Positions 35,757-44,332 of a DNA stretch of 50,661 bases are shown in pieces. The DNA comes from Shigella phage Shfl1. The notes beneath the pieces were generated by a model, which saw only the letters and a list, made by a program, of their open reading frames with translations, had not been told where the DNA came from and made no database searches. How positions within the stretch are numbered: position 1 is the stretch's first letter; every line of letters starts with the position of its first letter. The translations under genes were made by a program, and so were the position numbers. The stretch lies in the sequence record HM035024, one strand, 5' to 3'.

Positions 35757-36689
35757 GAGTAGGTCACTCGCTGAGAATAACTTGGCTTGCATCCCTGAGC
35801 GGTATCCTCCATGATTTGGGATGATTATTTTTAATTGTCGGTCGTCTGCCATGTATAAAGTCTCCTTGTCTGAAGGTTCGCACGCAACCCTTACTTCTCG
35901 ATCCCCTTTATATCTGTATGCAACCATTTCCAGATTCTCAGGAGTGAAGCAGGCCCATACCTCTTGCTTTGTGTGAAATGCAATATGCTGAGCATCAATC
36001 CAATTAAGGCATAAGTAGATCGCTTTTTCTGTTTTACCAGTCACGGCAACCGAACAACTCGTATATTTCTTAGCGTAAAACGATTCCCTTCCTTCTTCAT
36101 CAATAATCAAAATATTGCAAAACTCGTCATCAAGACCGTCCTCGTGTACAAGTTGACACGGGATAGTGTGAAATACGCTCTCCCTGCCATCATCGCGACG
36201 TTTTACGCCAACGTCGAATGATTCAGTTGGTAGAGATTCAAACATGCTTAGAGGTGTGTTTACGCGCTTCTCTGTGCGCTCCATTACTTTCATCACTTCT
36301 TCATGATCTGCCATCATCACATTGACACCAGACACCGGAGTCCTGCGTGCTTTCTTGTTTGCCTTGACGATGTATTCCTGAGGGACTTTTCCGAGAAATC
36401 TTCCCAGGATGTTTATGCAATCGCTATACGGCATACCAGTTAACTTCATCAACCAACCGATCCCGGAGTCGTTACCGCATGAGTTGCAGATCGCACCGCC
36501 GTCTCCTGGAGTGTTCAGATTATCAGTCCAGCGAAAGCGGTCTTTACCTCCGCAGTTAGGGCAAGGTTGGTGCTTCTTGTTGAAAACCTCGTTAGGTAAT
36601 CCGCATACGGACTGGAACGCCTCGCGCCATAACCCATTCATATACGGCAATACGTCCTCTTTCTGAAACATCATAAATTCTTCGTTCAC
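35754..36689 (-). CDS. DNA primase (zinc-ribbon plus Toprim-like)
   Basis: N-terminal CPNCGGKDRFRW...GGAICNSCG matches the primase-helicase zinc-binding domain; GTG start with GGAG RBS. Confidence 0.6.
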   Translation of the reverse strand: MNEEFMMFQKEDVLPYMNGLWREAFQSVCGLPNEVFNKKHQPCPNCGGKDRFRWTDNLNTPGDGGAICNSCGNDSGIGWLMKLTGMPYSDCINILGRFLGKVPQEYIVKANKKARRTPVSGVNVMMADHEEVMKVMERTEKRVNTPLSMFESLPTESFDVGVKRRDDGRESVFHTIPCQLVHEDGLDDEFCNILIIDEEGRESFYAKKYTSCSVAVTGKTEKAIYLCLNWIDAQHIAFHTKQEVWACFTPENLEMVAYRYKGDREVRVACEPSDKETLYMADDRQLKIIIPNHGGYRSGMQAKLFSASDLL

Positions 36690-36702
36690 TTCCAGATCTC
36701 CA

Positions 36703-36741
36703 AATAAAAAACGCGTAGAAGGATGTTACCCCGCTACGCGT
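36703..36741 (-). terminator. hairpin/T-run between HTH regulator and primase (minus strand)
   Basis: 8-bp stem ACGCGTAG/CTACGCGT with 15-nt loop followed by T6 on minus strand. Confidence 0.4.
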
Positions 36742-36746
36742 CGTTT

Positions 36747-36766
36747 GTTTTAACTAAAAATGCTAT
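36747..36766 (-). promoter_or_regulatory. conserved motif (minus orientation) overlapping 3' end of HTH regulator gene
   Basis: Reverse complement reads ATAGCATTTTTAGTTAAAAC. Confidence 0.4.
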
Positions 36767-37202
36767 TGGTCGTCCCGATATCTTCCTTCTTCACCACTCG
36801 CATAAACTTCTTGTTCTTGCATCGCTTCTCTAGGCACTTGCCGTTACCGTCAAACTTGAGGTCGAATCGCAACCATGCGGCGCGGAATCCTTTACAACCC
36901 TGACGACGGTAAGCACGATGTGCAGCTTCAGCACCTTGCCACGAAATCATGTTGCGCTCCTTCCATCCCTGCACGGTCTGATTGCTAACTTTCAGAGCCT
37001 TTGCGCAGGCCGCAGGGCCGCCATAATATTCGATAAGAGCATCAAGTCTCGCTCTCAGTCCGGCGCGTGTTTCTTCTTTATGGATATAGAAACCGCAGCG
37101 TTGGCGTGGCTTTTTATCTTTACCGCGTCTCGTTCCGTTGTTACCATTGATGTGACGTTTATCGATTTCACCAGTTGACTCTGCGATGCGTTGCATATTC
37201 AT
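36750..37202 (-). CDS. putative HTH DNA-binding regulator (Cro/YdaS-like)
   Basis: GGPAACAKALKVSNQTVQGWKERNMISWQ resembles Cro/YdaS-type helix-turn-helix; basic N-terminus; start trimmed to ATG 37202 (AGGAG RBS). Confidence 0.4.
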   Translation of the reverse strand: MNMQRIAESTGEIDKRHINGNNGTRRGKDKKPRQRCGFYIHKEETRAGLRARLDALIEYYGGPAACAKALKVSNQTVQGWKERNMISWQGAEAAHRAYRRQGCKGFRAAWLRFDLKFDGNGKCLEKRCKNKKFMRVVKKEDIGTTNSIFS

Positions 37203-37214
37203 CTTAATTCTCCT

Positions 37215-37235
37215 GTAGCACTTTTTGCTAAAAAC
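37215..37235 (+). promoter_or_regulatory. conserved motif GTAGCACTTTTTGCTAAAAAC upstream of helicase, divergent from HTH regulator gene
   Basis: TATTAT about 18 nt downstream (37253-37258). Confidence 0.45.
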
Positions 37236-37296
37236 GTTTACTGTATGTCGTGTATTATAGCGTAAACGATACAATGATTCAAAGGATTAAATAGCC

Positions 37297-39315
37297 GTGA
37301 CAATTAACATCAAGAAGCAAATCGCATTACTTGGCGAGGACTATATAAAACGCACTCAAGAACGATTCACTGTCGGTGAGGTCGTTCCTTATCCGTATCA
37401 GGTTGTTGCTTATGCCGAGATCGCAAAACGCCTGTCAAATTACGAGCATCCATTCTTTGTTAAAGCGTCAGTATCTGCGGGTAAAACAATCATATTCGCT
37501 ATGGTGGCAAAGCAGTGTCAAAAAATGGGCCTGAAAATGCTTGTGCTTGCCCGACAGGGTGAGATCGTCGATCAGGATAGTGAGGAGATCGACAACTTCG
37601 GGGTAACGAACTCCATCTTCTCAGCATCGCTTGGAATCAAGTCCTGCTACTTCCCGATCGTGGTTGGCTCTGAGGGTACGGTTGCAAATGGCCTCGACAA
37701 TGAGTTGGCTGATTTTGTCCCGCATGTAATTGGGATCGACGAATGTCACCAGGTGGATTGGGAAGACCTTGCTCAAGCCATCGAAGGAAAAGAAACGATG
37801 GAGCAGATGAGGGGCGAGAAAGGGAAAATTATTATGGACGGGGAGATTCCTCTGATTGGTAATGACGGGAAACCTTTACTTGGAACTAAGCGAAGCCAGT
37901 ATACGATCGTAATCATGGAGATGATGCGTCGCTGTAAAGAGATTCACGGGCATGACCTCAGAATATTTGGCATGACAGGATCTGAATTTAGGGGCGTTGT
38001 TCCGATTCTGGTGGAGAATCCAAAGGCGTTAGGATTCTGGCGTGAGCGCGTAACTGATATCGACACAAACTATCTGATTGAGTTTGGCTCTGTTGTGCCG
38101 ACGATATTCGGTTCGACTGACGGAGTACACTACGATCTGGATAAGTTCAAGGCATCAAGCGAGGACGGCGTACAGGACTTTGCAGAGAAAGATATGAAGG
38201 CAATGGAAGATGAGATCCTTCATGATAAATCTCTTACTCAGCGAATCATGCAAATGGTCGCCAAAAAGGCTGAAGAACGTAACGCGGTTCTGATTACATG
38301 CGCGGGTGTGCGTCACTGTAAAGAGGCGGCGGCGGCACTGCCTCCAGGAAGCACCTATGCAATAATCACTGGCGACACAGACACCAAAACGCGCAAGAAG
38401 ATTCTGGACGATGTAAGGGCCGGGAAGATTAAATACACCTTTCAGGTAATGGCTCTCACTACTGGCGTTAACGTTCCAAATTGGGATTTCAGTGTCATAC
38501 TCCGCAAGATAGGATCTCTCACTCTGTTGATTCAGCTTTTGGGTAGGGGTATGCGGCTGCTTAAATCATGGCAGGTTGCTGAAGGAATGGTTAAGCAAGA
38601 CCATCTGGTATGGGATTTCGCTGGCACTATGGATGAGTTGGGCCAACTTTATTTCGATCCGATACTTGAGCAGGCGCAATTCCAGAAGCGTTTTGAAAAC
38701 GGCAAAGACCCGAAAACGTGTCCTAAGTGTGGTTGCGTTAATAGCTTCTACGCTCGCCGATGCGTTAACGTTATAGACGGTGAGAGATGCGATCACTTCT
38801 GGACTTCTCAGATTTGCGAGGACCAGGTTGATGAGCGAACCGGGAAAATTCTTGTTAAAGGATGTGGTGCCGAGAATGACGTTGTCGCCCGAGTTTGTCG
38901 TTGCTGTGATGTGTCACTTGTCGATCCTAACCTGAAATTGTCCGGCAAGGCGTACACCAAGAATGACTGGTATGAGGTCAAGAATTTTGAGGTAACGCTA
39001 ACCAAAAACCAAAAGGGCGTGATATACAAATACACGCTGATTAACGATGATGGTGATGAGTTCAAGGCGTATGAAAAATTCTTCCCCGAGTCCGACTCTA
39101 AGATTTGCGGTACGCTATGGAAAACTAAGGGTGTATTGCCTCATGTGTCAGATCCTAAAATGCGTCGCTACTTTATCGGAATGAAGAACGCAATCAAGAT
39201 CGTGCAGTACTCACATCATATTGCTCATCCGGTACGAGTCACACACCGACGCAACCAGAAGAAGGAAGATATTATTTCACGTAAAGATTTCGGTATGGAG
39301 GATATCCCGCAATGA
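37297..39315 (+). CDS. SF2 helicase (DEAD/DEAH-box-like) with C-terminal zinc-finger region
   Basis: Walker A SVSAGKT; DExH box GIDECHQ; C-terminal Cys clusters CPKCGC...CDHFW and CRCC; GTG start. Confidence 0.7.
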   Translation: MTINIKKQIALLGEDYIKRTQERFTVGEVVPYPYQVVAYAEIAKRLSNYEHPFFVKASVSAGKTIIFAMVAKQCQKMGLKMLVLARQGEIVDQDSEEIDNFGVTNSIFSASLGIKSCYFPIVVGSEGTVANGLDNELADFVPHVIGIDECHQVDWEDLAQAIEGKETMEQMRGEKGKIIMDGEIPLIGNDGKPLLGTKRSQYTIVIMEMMRRCKEIHGHDLRIFGMTGSEFRGVVPILVENPKALGFWRERVTDIDTNYLIEFGSVVPTIFGSTDGVHYDLDKFKASSEDGVQDFAEKDMKAMEDEILHDKSLTQRIMQMVAKKAEERNAVLITCAGVRHCKEAAAALPPGSTYAIITGDTDTKTRKKILDDVRAGKIKYTFQVMALTTGVNVPNWDFSVILRKIGSLTLLIQLLGRGMRLLKSWQVAEGMVKQDHLVWDFAGTMDELGQLYFDPILEQAQFQKRFENGKDPKTCPKCGCVNSFYARRCVNVIDGERCDHFWTSQICEDQVDERTGKILVKGCGAENDVVARVCRCCDVSLVDPNLKLSGKAYTKNDWYEVKNFEVTLTKNQKGVIYKYTLINDDGDEFKAYEKFFPESDSKICGTLWKTKGVLPHVSDPKMRRYFIGMKNAIKIVQYSHHIAHPVRVTHRRNQKKEDIISRKDFGMEDIPQ

Positions 39316-39728
39316 TTACAGACAAAGGAGATTACTTAGAGTTTTACGAGCGAGATCCCAGCGACACTCGAAAGGAGGACGCGCACCAGGTAGATTGCGT
39401 GTCCTGGCTGAAATACAATTTCCCACACCTTCTATTTTGGCACACTGTCAATGAAGGTGAAAAAACAATCACTTCAGCACTCAGGGATGAGCAGGCTGGA
39501 TTACTTAAAGGCGTGTCAGACTTCGTTATCCTGATTGGTGTAAACTCACGCCACCCGTTCGCAGCTATCGAACTCAAACGGGTTAATAAGTCCGGCAAAG
39601 GAAAGGCATCACCAGTCAGCGATAAGCAAAAGGAATTTCTCCGTAAGGTTCGCGAACGCGGTGGATTCTCTGCGGTGGCTTACGGATTTGAGCAATTCAA
39701 GATCGCAATTTACGAAATGATGAAATAG
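39312..39728 (+). CDS. VRR-NUC domain nuclease
   Basis: PD-(D/E)XK-type core VSDFVILIG ... AAIELKRVNKSG ... SDKQKEFL typical of VRR-NUC. Confidence 0.55.
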   Translation: MITDKGDYLEFYERDPSDTRKEDAHQVDCVSWLKYNFPHLLFWHTVNEGEKTITSALRDEQAGLLKGVSDFVILIGVNSRHPFAAIELKRVNKSGKGKASPVSDKQKEFLRKVRERGGFSAVAYGFEQFKIAIYEMMK

Positions 39729-39744
39729 CACTTTTTGTTAAAAC
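39725..39744 (+). promoter_or_regulatory. conserved motif ATAGCACTTTTTGTTAAAAC upstream of Dam methylase
   Basis: TGgCATTAT 18 nt downstream (39763-39768). Confidence 0.45.
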
Positions 39745-39795
39745 TGCCGGAATGGAATCTGGCATTATTATTTCACCAAAACGAGAGGACTAAAA

Positions 39796-40509
39796 ATGAA
39801 AGACTTCAATGATATTGAAACCATAGACTTTGCAGAAACTGGTTGCTCATTTACTCGCGAAGCAATAGCATCAGGCGGTTATTATCAGGCGCTAAAAACG
39901 CCAACATGCAAAGAGATTTCAGGTCGTCGATATAAGGGTACAAACACACCTGACGCCGTTCGTGATTTATGGTCGACTCCGCGCGAGGTTATTGCATACC
40001 TTGAGGGGCGATACGGAAAATATGATCTCGACGCTGCGGCAAGCGAAGAAAATAAAGTTTGCGATAAGTTTTATTCTCAGGAAACAAACTGCTTAAAACG
40101 TTGGTGGGGTAAAAATAAGCATGTGTGGCTAAATCCCCCTTATAGCCGACCTGATATGTTCGTCAAGAAGGCGATCGAGCAAATGGAGCACAACAACCAG
40201 ATCGATATGTTGTTACCTGCCGATAACTCGACGGCGTGGTTTACTGAGGCGCGACAGCACGCGGCTGAAATCATCTGGATTGAAGCGGATTTGACTGAGG
40301 ATATCGACGGGAATGAGTACGCACGATCAGGTCGCCTGGCGTTCATATCCGGTGAAACAGGAAAGGCGGTTGACGGCAACAACAAAGGTTCGGTAATTTT
40401 CATTATGCGAGAACTTAAAGAGGGTGAGACACAGCAAACTCACTATATCCCAATCACAAGCATTTGCCCTTCAGTGAAAAACAAACGCGCAAAAGTGAGG
40501 AAATTATGA
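39796..40509 (+). CDS. dam: DNA N6-adenine methyltransferase (phage Dam-like)
   Basis: Catalytic motif NPPYS (WLNPPYSRPDMF). Confidence 0.65.
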   Translation: MKDFNDIETIDFAETGCSFTREAIASGGYYQALKTPTCKEISGRRYKGTNTPDAVRDLWSTPREVIAYLEGRYGKYDLDAAASEENKVCDKFYSQETNCLKRWWGKNKHVWLNPPYSRPDMFVKKAIEQMEHNNQIDMLLPADNSTAWFTEARQHAAEIIWIEADLTEDIDGNEYARSGRLAFISGETGKAVDGNNKGSVIFIMRELKEGETQQTHYIPITSICPSVKNKRAKVRKL

Positions 40510-40757
40510 TGAACGAGAAAATGATTCAGGTTAAGTTAACTGATCAAGGTTTATGGCTGCTTTATCGAGCTACGTGCTGCGAAATTATGGAGCGAAACGG
40601 ATTGACTCAGGATGTTATTGGTTGCGATCTGTGGGAGTTCACTAGTTCTCTTGATATGTCTTTCGATGAGATAAAAAATGAATATATCGAGAATTGGCCT
40701 TCAATTATCCAGAAGGACGTAGATGAACTTAAAGCAGATACGATCGTACAGCACTAA
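40506..40757 (+). CDS. hypothetical protein (83 aa)
   Basis: ATGA overlap with Dam stop; start trimmed to 40506. Confidence 0.45.
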   Translation: MMNEKMIQVKLTDQGLWLLYRATCCEIMERNGLTQDVIGCDLWEFTSSLDMSFDEIKNEYIENWPSIIQKDVDELKADTIVQH

Positions 40758-40767
40758 TTGCTAAAAA
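40748..40767 (+). promoter_or_regulatory. conserved motif variant ACAGCACTAATTGCTAAAAA with TATAGT 18 nt downstream
   Basis: TATAGT 40786-40791 after inverted repeat CCCGGCGAAAGTCGGG. Confidence 0.45.
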
Positions 40768-40823
40768 TACCCGGCGAAAGTCGGGTATAGTTATTTCATC
40801 GATACGAAATGAGGAATCAAAAG

Positions 40824-41033
40824 ATGGCACGCATTAACGAAAACTTTTTCAATATAGCTCAACAGTCCGCAAAAATGGCTGTTCATATCACTAATGAGAA
40901 AGGCGGCAACTTTGATTGGGATATTGCCATGAACTTCCTTAAAATGGCTTATTACCTATGCTCAGTCAAAGATATTGAGTGTTTTATTGAAAGCGTGGAG
41001 AAACTAACTAATGCTGATAAAAAAACAAGGTAA
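40824..41033 (+). CDS. hypothetical protein (69 aa)
   Basis: Start trimmed to ATG 40824 after motif, TATAGT and GAGGAA RBS. Confidence 0.5.
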   Translation: MARINENFFNIAQQSAKMAVHITNEKGGNFDWDIAMNFLKMAYYLCSVKDIECFIESVEKLTNADKKTR

Positions 41034-41283
41034 ACGAGAGGTTTGGGAGCACGCGAAGGAATGCGGAATCTCAGAAGATATAGCACTAATAGCAAAATAT
41101 TTCGATATAAAGGATGTTAGCATTATCTCAAACGGAAAGATTTCATTTATGGAAGATATGCCGAGAAAAATGCATAGAGTGCCAGCCACCCCATCACTTG
41201 AGTTTTATCGTGAAGAAGGAAAGAGAATTGAGCGAGAACGAAAGAACGCAAAGAACAACAAGCCTTCCAGGCTTAAATATTAA
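41011..41283 (+). CDS. hypothetical protein (90 aa), uncertain frame
   Basis: ORF overlapping 41114..41515 in another frame; weak RBS; A7 run at 41016-41022. Confidence 0.3.
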   Translation: MLIKKQGKREVWEHAKECGISEDIALIAKYFDIKDVSIISNGKISFMEDMPRKMHRVPATPSLEFYREEGKRIERERKNAKNNKPSRLKY

Positions 41284-41515
41284 CTCAGATGACTACCAGA
41301 CAATATGGATTGGGAAAAAGCAGGTTAAGCAAATCCCTTTCTCTGACTGGTTGCCACCTGACTTTGTTAACGTGCTTTGCACTATCGGTATTGAGCAGGA
41401 GTTGCATATAGGTTACTACTCACCAGGCAGAAACAGTATGATGCTTGAGGTTGACGGAAAACTTGTTGAGTTTAAATCTTCGGATCTAGGATTCTGGTTA
41501 AAGGCTGTGGCATGA
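41114..41515 (+). CDS. hypothetical protein (133 aa), uncertain start
   Basis: ORF overlapping 41011..41283; no convincing RBS at 41114. Confidence 0.3.
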   Translation: MLALSQTERFHLWKICREKCIECQPPHHLSFIVKKERELSENERTQRTTSLPGLNINSDDYQTIWIGKKQVKQIPFSDWLPPDFVNVLCTIGIEQELHIGYYSPGRNSMMLEVDGKLVEFKSSDLGFWLKAVA

Positions 41516-41583
41516 AACTTTATTTTGCTGTAGTATTAACACCGCTAATTTCATTTTCAGTAATGTATTTCATTATCATGTAA
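41512..41583 (+). CDS. putative 23-aa hydrophobic peptide (MKLYFAVVLTPLISFSVMYFIIM)
   Basis: ATGA overlap with upstream stop; hand translated. Confidence 0.2.
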   Translation: MKLYFAVVLTPLISFSVMYFIIM

Positions 41584-41593
41584 GGATTAAAAT

Positions 41594-42745
41594 ATGTCAC
41601 AAGCTAAAATCACCACCGAGCAACTTATTGAAGAGCGCATGAGCGGCCTAACACTTCGCGAAATCGCGGAAAAATACGGTATGCACATTCGCACTGTTGA
41701 AGCGCGCCATGCCAAGCTGGCAAAAGAAGGTCATTTTCACGGTAACGAGCATGTTGCTAAAAACGTGCCCGAGGGATTCATGGTAAAAGGCACGTCGACG
41801 ATGATTCGCGGCGATGGGACCGAGGTAGTGCGCTGGGTAAAAACCGATCAGGACCGTGAGAAGATTGCGGCAATGATGGAGGCGGCGCGCATTGCATTCT
41901 GTGAAGACCTGCCGCGAGCAAAGCCAACCGAGCTACTAACCTCGCAAGGGATTACGACAGCGATGGGTAAGCTGGCACTCTATCCGGTATTCGACCTGCA
42001 CATTGGTGCGCTTGCTCACAAGCATGAATGCGGAGAGAACTACTCTACCGACGTAGCCGAAAAAGTGCTTGTCGACTTCTTCAATTACGCGATCGATATT
42101 GCCCCGAACGCAGAGAAAGCTGTTCTGTTAATCGGCGGTGACTTCCTTCACTCGGACGGCCTTGATGCTGTTACCCCGGCAAGCGGTCACGTTCTGGATC
42201 AGGATTCACGATACGCAAAATTGGTGCATGTTGCGATCCGTTCGGTGCGTCGCGCTATCGACAAAATGCTTATGAAACACAAAGAAGTCGAGGTTCAGAT
42301 TATTGAAGGGAACCACGACCAGGCCGGGATGATTTGGCTACGTGCTGCAATGTCGGCATATTATGAAGACGAGCCGCGAGTATTCGTTGACGTTAGCCCT
42401 ATGATTCTGCATAAGACTCGATGGGGAAACACCTTATTGGGATACACTCACGGGCACACTATGAAAAAGGCAGACACGCGACTTGCAGCGATGGCGGCAG
42501 ACTTCCGTGCAGACTTCGGAGAGAGCAAGTATGTGTATACTCATAGCGGTCACTGGCATCATCAGACAATCACTGAACACTCGTTAGGTATCGATGAGGT
42601 TCACGGTCAGTTAGGAGCGAAGGATGCATACGCCGCGCGCGGCGGGTGGCGCTCATATCGTCAGGCGGCGGTAATCGTTTACGATAAACAGTTTGGGGAA
42701 ATCGGTCGGTTCATCTATCGTCCAGAAATGACAGGATCGCACTAA
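41594..42745 (+). CDS. calcineurin-like metallophosphoesterase with N-terminal HTH-like segment
   Basis: Metallophosphatase motifs FDLHIG (DxH), GGDFLHSDG (GD...), EGNHDQ (GNHD/E), HSGHWHH; N-terminal LTLREIAEKYGMHIRTVEARHAKL. Confidence 0.55.
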   Translation: MSQAKITTEQLIEERMSGLTLREIAEKYGMHIRTVEARHAKLAKEGHFHGNEHVAKNVPEGFMVKGTSTMIRGDGTEVVRWVKTDQDREKIAAMMEAARIAFCEDLPRAKPTELLTSQGITTAMGKLALYPVFDLHIGALAHKHECGENYSTDVAEKVLVDFFNYAIDIAPNAEKAVLLIGGDFLHSDGLDAVTPASGHVLDQDSRYAKLVHVAIRSVRRAIDKMLMKHKEVEVQIIEGNHDQAGMIWLRAAMSAYYEDEPRVFVDVSPMILHKTRWGNTLLGYTHGHTMKKADTRLAAMAADFRADFGESKYVYTHSGHWHHQTITEHSLGIDEVHGQLGAKDAYAARGGWRSYRQAAVIVYDKQFGEIGRFIYRPEMTGSH

Positions 42746-42756
42746 TTGATAAAAAC
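42737..42756 (+). promoter_or_regulatory. conserved motif variant TCGCACTAATTGATAAAAAC with TATAGT 17 nt downstream
   Basis: TATAGT 42774-42779 after inverted repeat CCCGAAGGGATTCGGG. Confidence 0.4.
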
Positions 42757-42810
42757 GCCCGAAGGGATTCGGGTATAGTAACCACATCAAAAACAAAGAG
42801 GCTACATATC

Positions 42811-42987
42811 ATGAAACGAGTTAAGTGCATCAGAAATGACTCCAAAACACTTCCATTCCGCGTAAATCAGATCTATAGTGTTGGTTATGATTTCGTTGGG
42901 GGATTGTTTGAGATTTACGACGGTCGAGGCTCAGTAATCCAGGCGCCTCTGAATGGTTACTACCTGGAATTTATTGAGATAAATTAA
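42811..42987 (+). CDS. small hypothetical protein (58 aa)
   Basis: Hand translated; AAAGAGG RBS; preceded by motif and TATAGT; followed by intrinsic terminator. Confidence 0.4.
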   Translation: MKRVKCIRNDSKTLPFRVNQIYSVGYDFVGGLFEIYDGRGSVIQAPLNGYYLEFIEIN

Positions 42988-43010
42988 CAATATCATTCAT
43001 CACCTTACAG

Positions 43011-43041
43011 GCTGGCATGATTTACATGCTGGCCTTTTTGC
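43011..43041 (+). terminator. intrinsic terminator upstream of lysis cassette
   Basis: GGCTGGCATG...CATGCTGGCC (with G-U pairs) followed by T5. Confidence 0.5.
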
Positions 43042-43106
43042 GTTGTATCAAGTAAATTTGAAGGTTAAAATCGACTCACTTGTTCAAAAAAATATATGGT
43101 GAGATT

Positions 43107-43322
43107 ATGAAAGAATTTTTAACAGCAGCCACGTCAAGCACGGGCGGTGCTTCGTTGGTAGGGGCGGCGACAGGTCAACTTTATATTGCTGGCGCTACAT
43201 TCATTTGCTTTCTGCTTTTTGGCGCTTGGGGAGCGTACTGGAAGTATCGCGATAGCAAGGCAATTCAGGAAGCGTTAAACGATGGCGATCTAAATAAGGC
43301 GCTTAAGATCAGGGGGAGATAA
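43107..43322 (+). CDS. putative holin (pinholin-like, two transmembrane segments)
   Basis: 71 aa; weakly hydrophobic Gly/Ala-rich first segment and second [19 protein letters not shown]; charged C-terminus; directly upstream of lysozyme. Confidence 0.5.
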   Translation: MKEFLTAATSSTGGASLVGAATGQLYIAGATFICFLLFGAWGAYWKYRDSKAIQEALNDGDLNKALKIRGR

Positions 43323-43810
43323 TGAGTTTAAAAAATAACGTTATAGGCGCATCGATCGGGGCAGCTTTGACGTTGACACCTACCCTACTGGAACGAATCG
43401 AAGGTATAGAATACGAGGTTTATTACGATATCGCCGGAGTCCCTACCGTATGCAGCGGAATAACCGGGCCGGACGTCATACCTGGTAAGAAATACACTAA
43501 GCGAGAATGCGATGCTTTGTTGATAAAACACATCGGCGTCGCTCAGCGATACGTTGACAAAAAGGTAAAGGTTGATATTCCGGTAACGATGCGAGCGTCA
43601 TTGTATAGCTTTACTTTCAACGTTGGTACTGGCGCGTTCGGATCTTCTACAATGCTTAAGCTAATAAATCAGGGTAAGCACAGGGAAGCGTGCAATCAGT
43701 TATGGCGATGGGTATACTACTACAACCCAAAAACCAAAAAGCGCGAAGTGTCTAGAGGACTCAAGAACAGACGCGCTGAAGAATACGCGTATTGCGTTAA
43801 GGAATTATGA
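43322..43810 (+). CDS. endolysin (T4-type lysozyme, probable SAR endolysin)
   Basis: Catalytic triad spacing E-x8-D-x5-T in [19 protein letters not shown]; N-terminal Gly/Ala-rich weakly hydrophobic stretch [17 protein letters not shown]. Confidence 0.7.
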   Translation: MSLKNNVIGASIGAALTLTPTLLERIEGIEYEVYYDIAGVPTVCSGITGPDVIPGKKYTKRECDALLIKHIGVAQRYVDKKVKVDIPVTMRASLYSFTFNVGTGAFGSSTMLKLINQGKHREACNQLWRWVYYYNPKTKKREVSRGLKNRRAEEYAYCVKEL

Positions 43811-44211
43811 TGAAACTGAAGAAAACATGCATTGCGATTGTAGTGGCTGTTGGTGTTATTTCTCTATCCGGTTGCTCGATGCCATCTGCCCTGAGCGGTT
43901 TAATCGGATCTAAACCTGAAGTTACAGCACAGATTGGAGAGGAGAACACAAAGCAATTAGCAGGAGTAACCGCAAAATCCGAAGATAAGCGAGATGTTAA
44001 AGTTGAAAAGTCCAATGTAGGAAAGGTTGACTCTTCCGTGAAGAAGTCAATTGAAGTGTCAACCATTCAGGCCAACACGGTTAACGCTGAAAGCATCACT
44101 GTGACTAAGCCTGGAAACTGGTATGATCCTATAGTTGGTTGGACACTCGTTCTCATTGGTCTGTTGCTGGTTTATTTTTCAATTCGTAAGGGCGAAAAAA
44201 AGGAGGCTTAG
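43807..44211 (+). CDS. unimolecular spanin (lipoprotein with C-terminal transmembrane anchor)
   Basis: Lipobox LSGC after signal peptide; C-terminal [18 protein letters not shown]; last gene of lysis cassette. Confidence 0.55.
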   Translation: MMKLKKTCIAIVVAVGVISLSGCSMPSALSGLIGSKPEVTAQIGEENTKQLAGVTAKSEDKRDVKVEKSNVGKVDSSVKKSIEVSTIQANTVNAESITVTKPGNWYDPIVGWTLVLIGLLLVYFSIRKGEKKEA

Positions 44212-44228
44212 CCTCCTTTCTTATTTGT
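44195..44228. terminator. bidirectional intrinsic terminator after spanin
   Basis: AGGAGGC-TTA-GCCTCCT flanked by A7 and T-rich run. Confidence 0.6.
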
Positions 44229-44332
44229 ACCTTTTTACATGGAGGAGTAATTCACCCTCCTGATCGCAAAGATTGTGCTCACTGTCGTTATTTGCCCTCA
44301 TAGAAGTAAGCAATAGACTGAGCAATCCTTGT

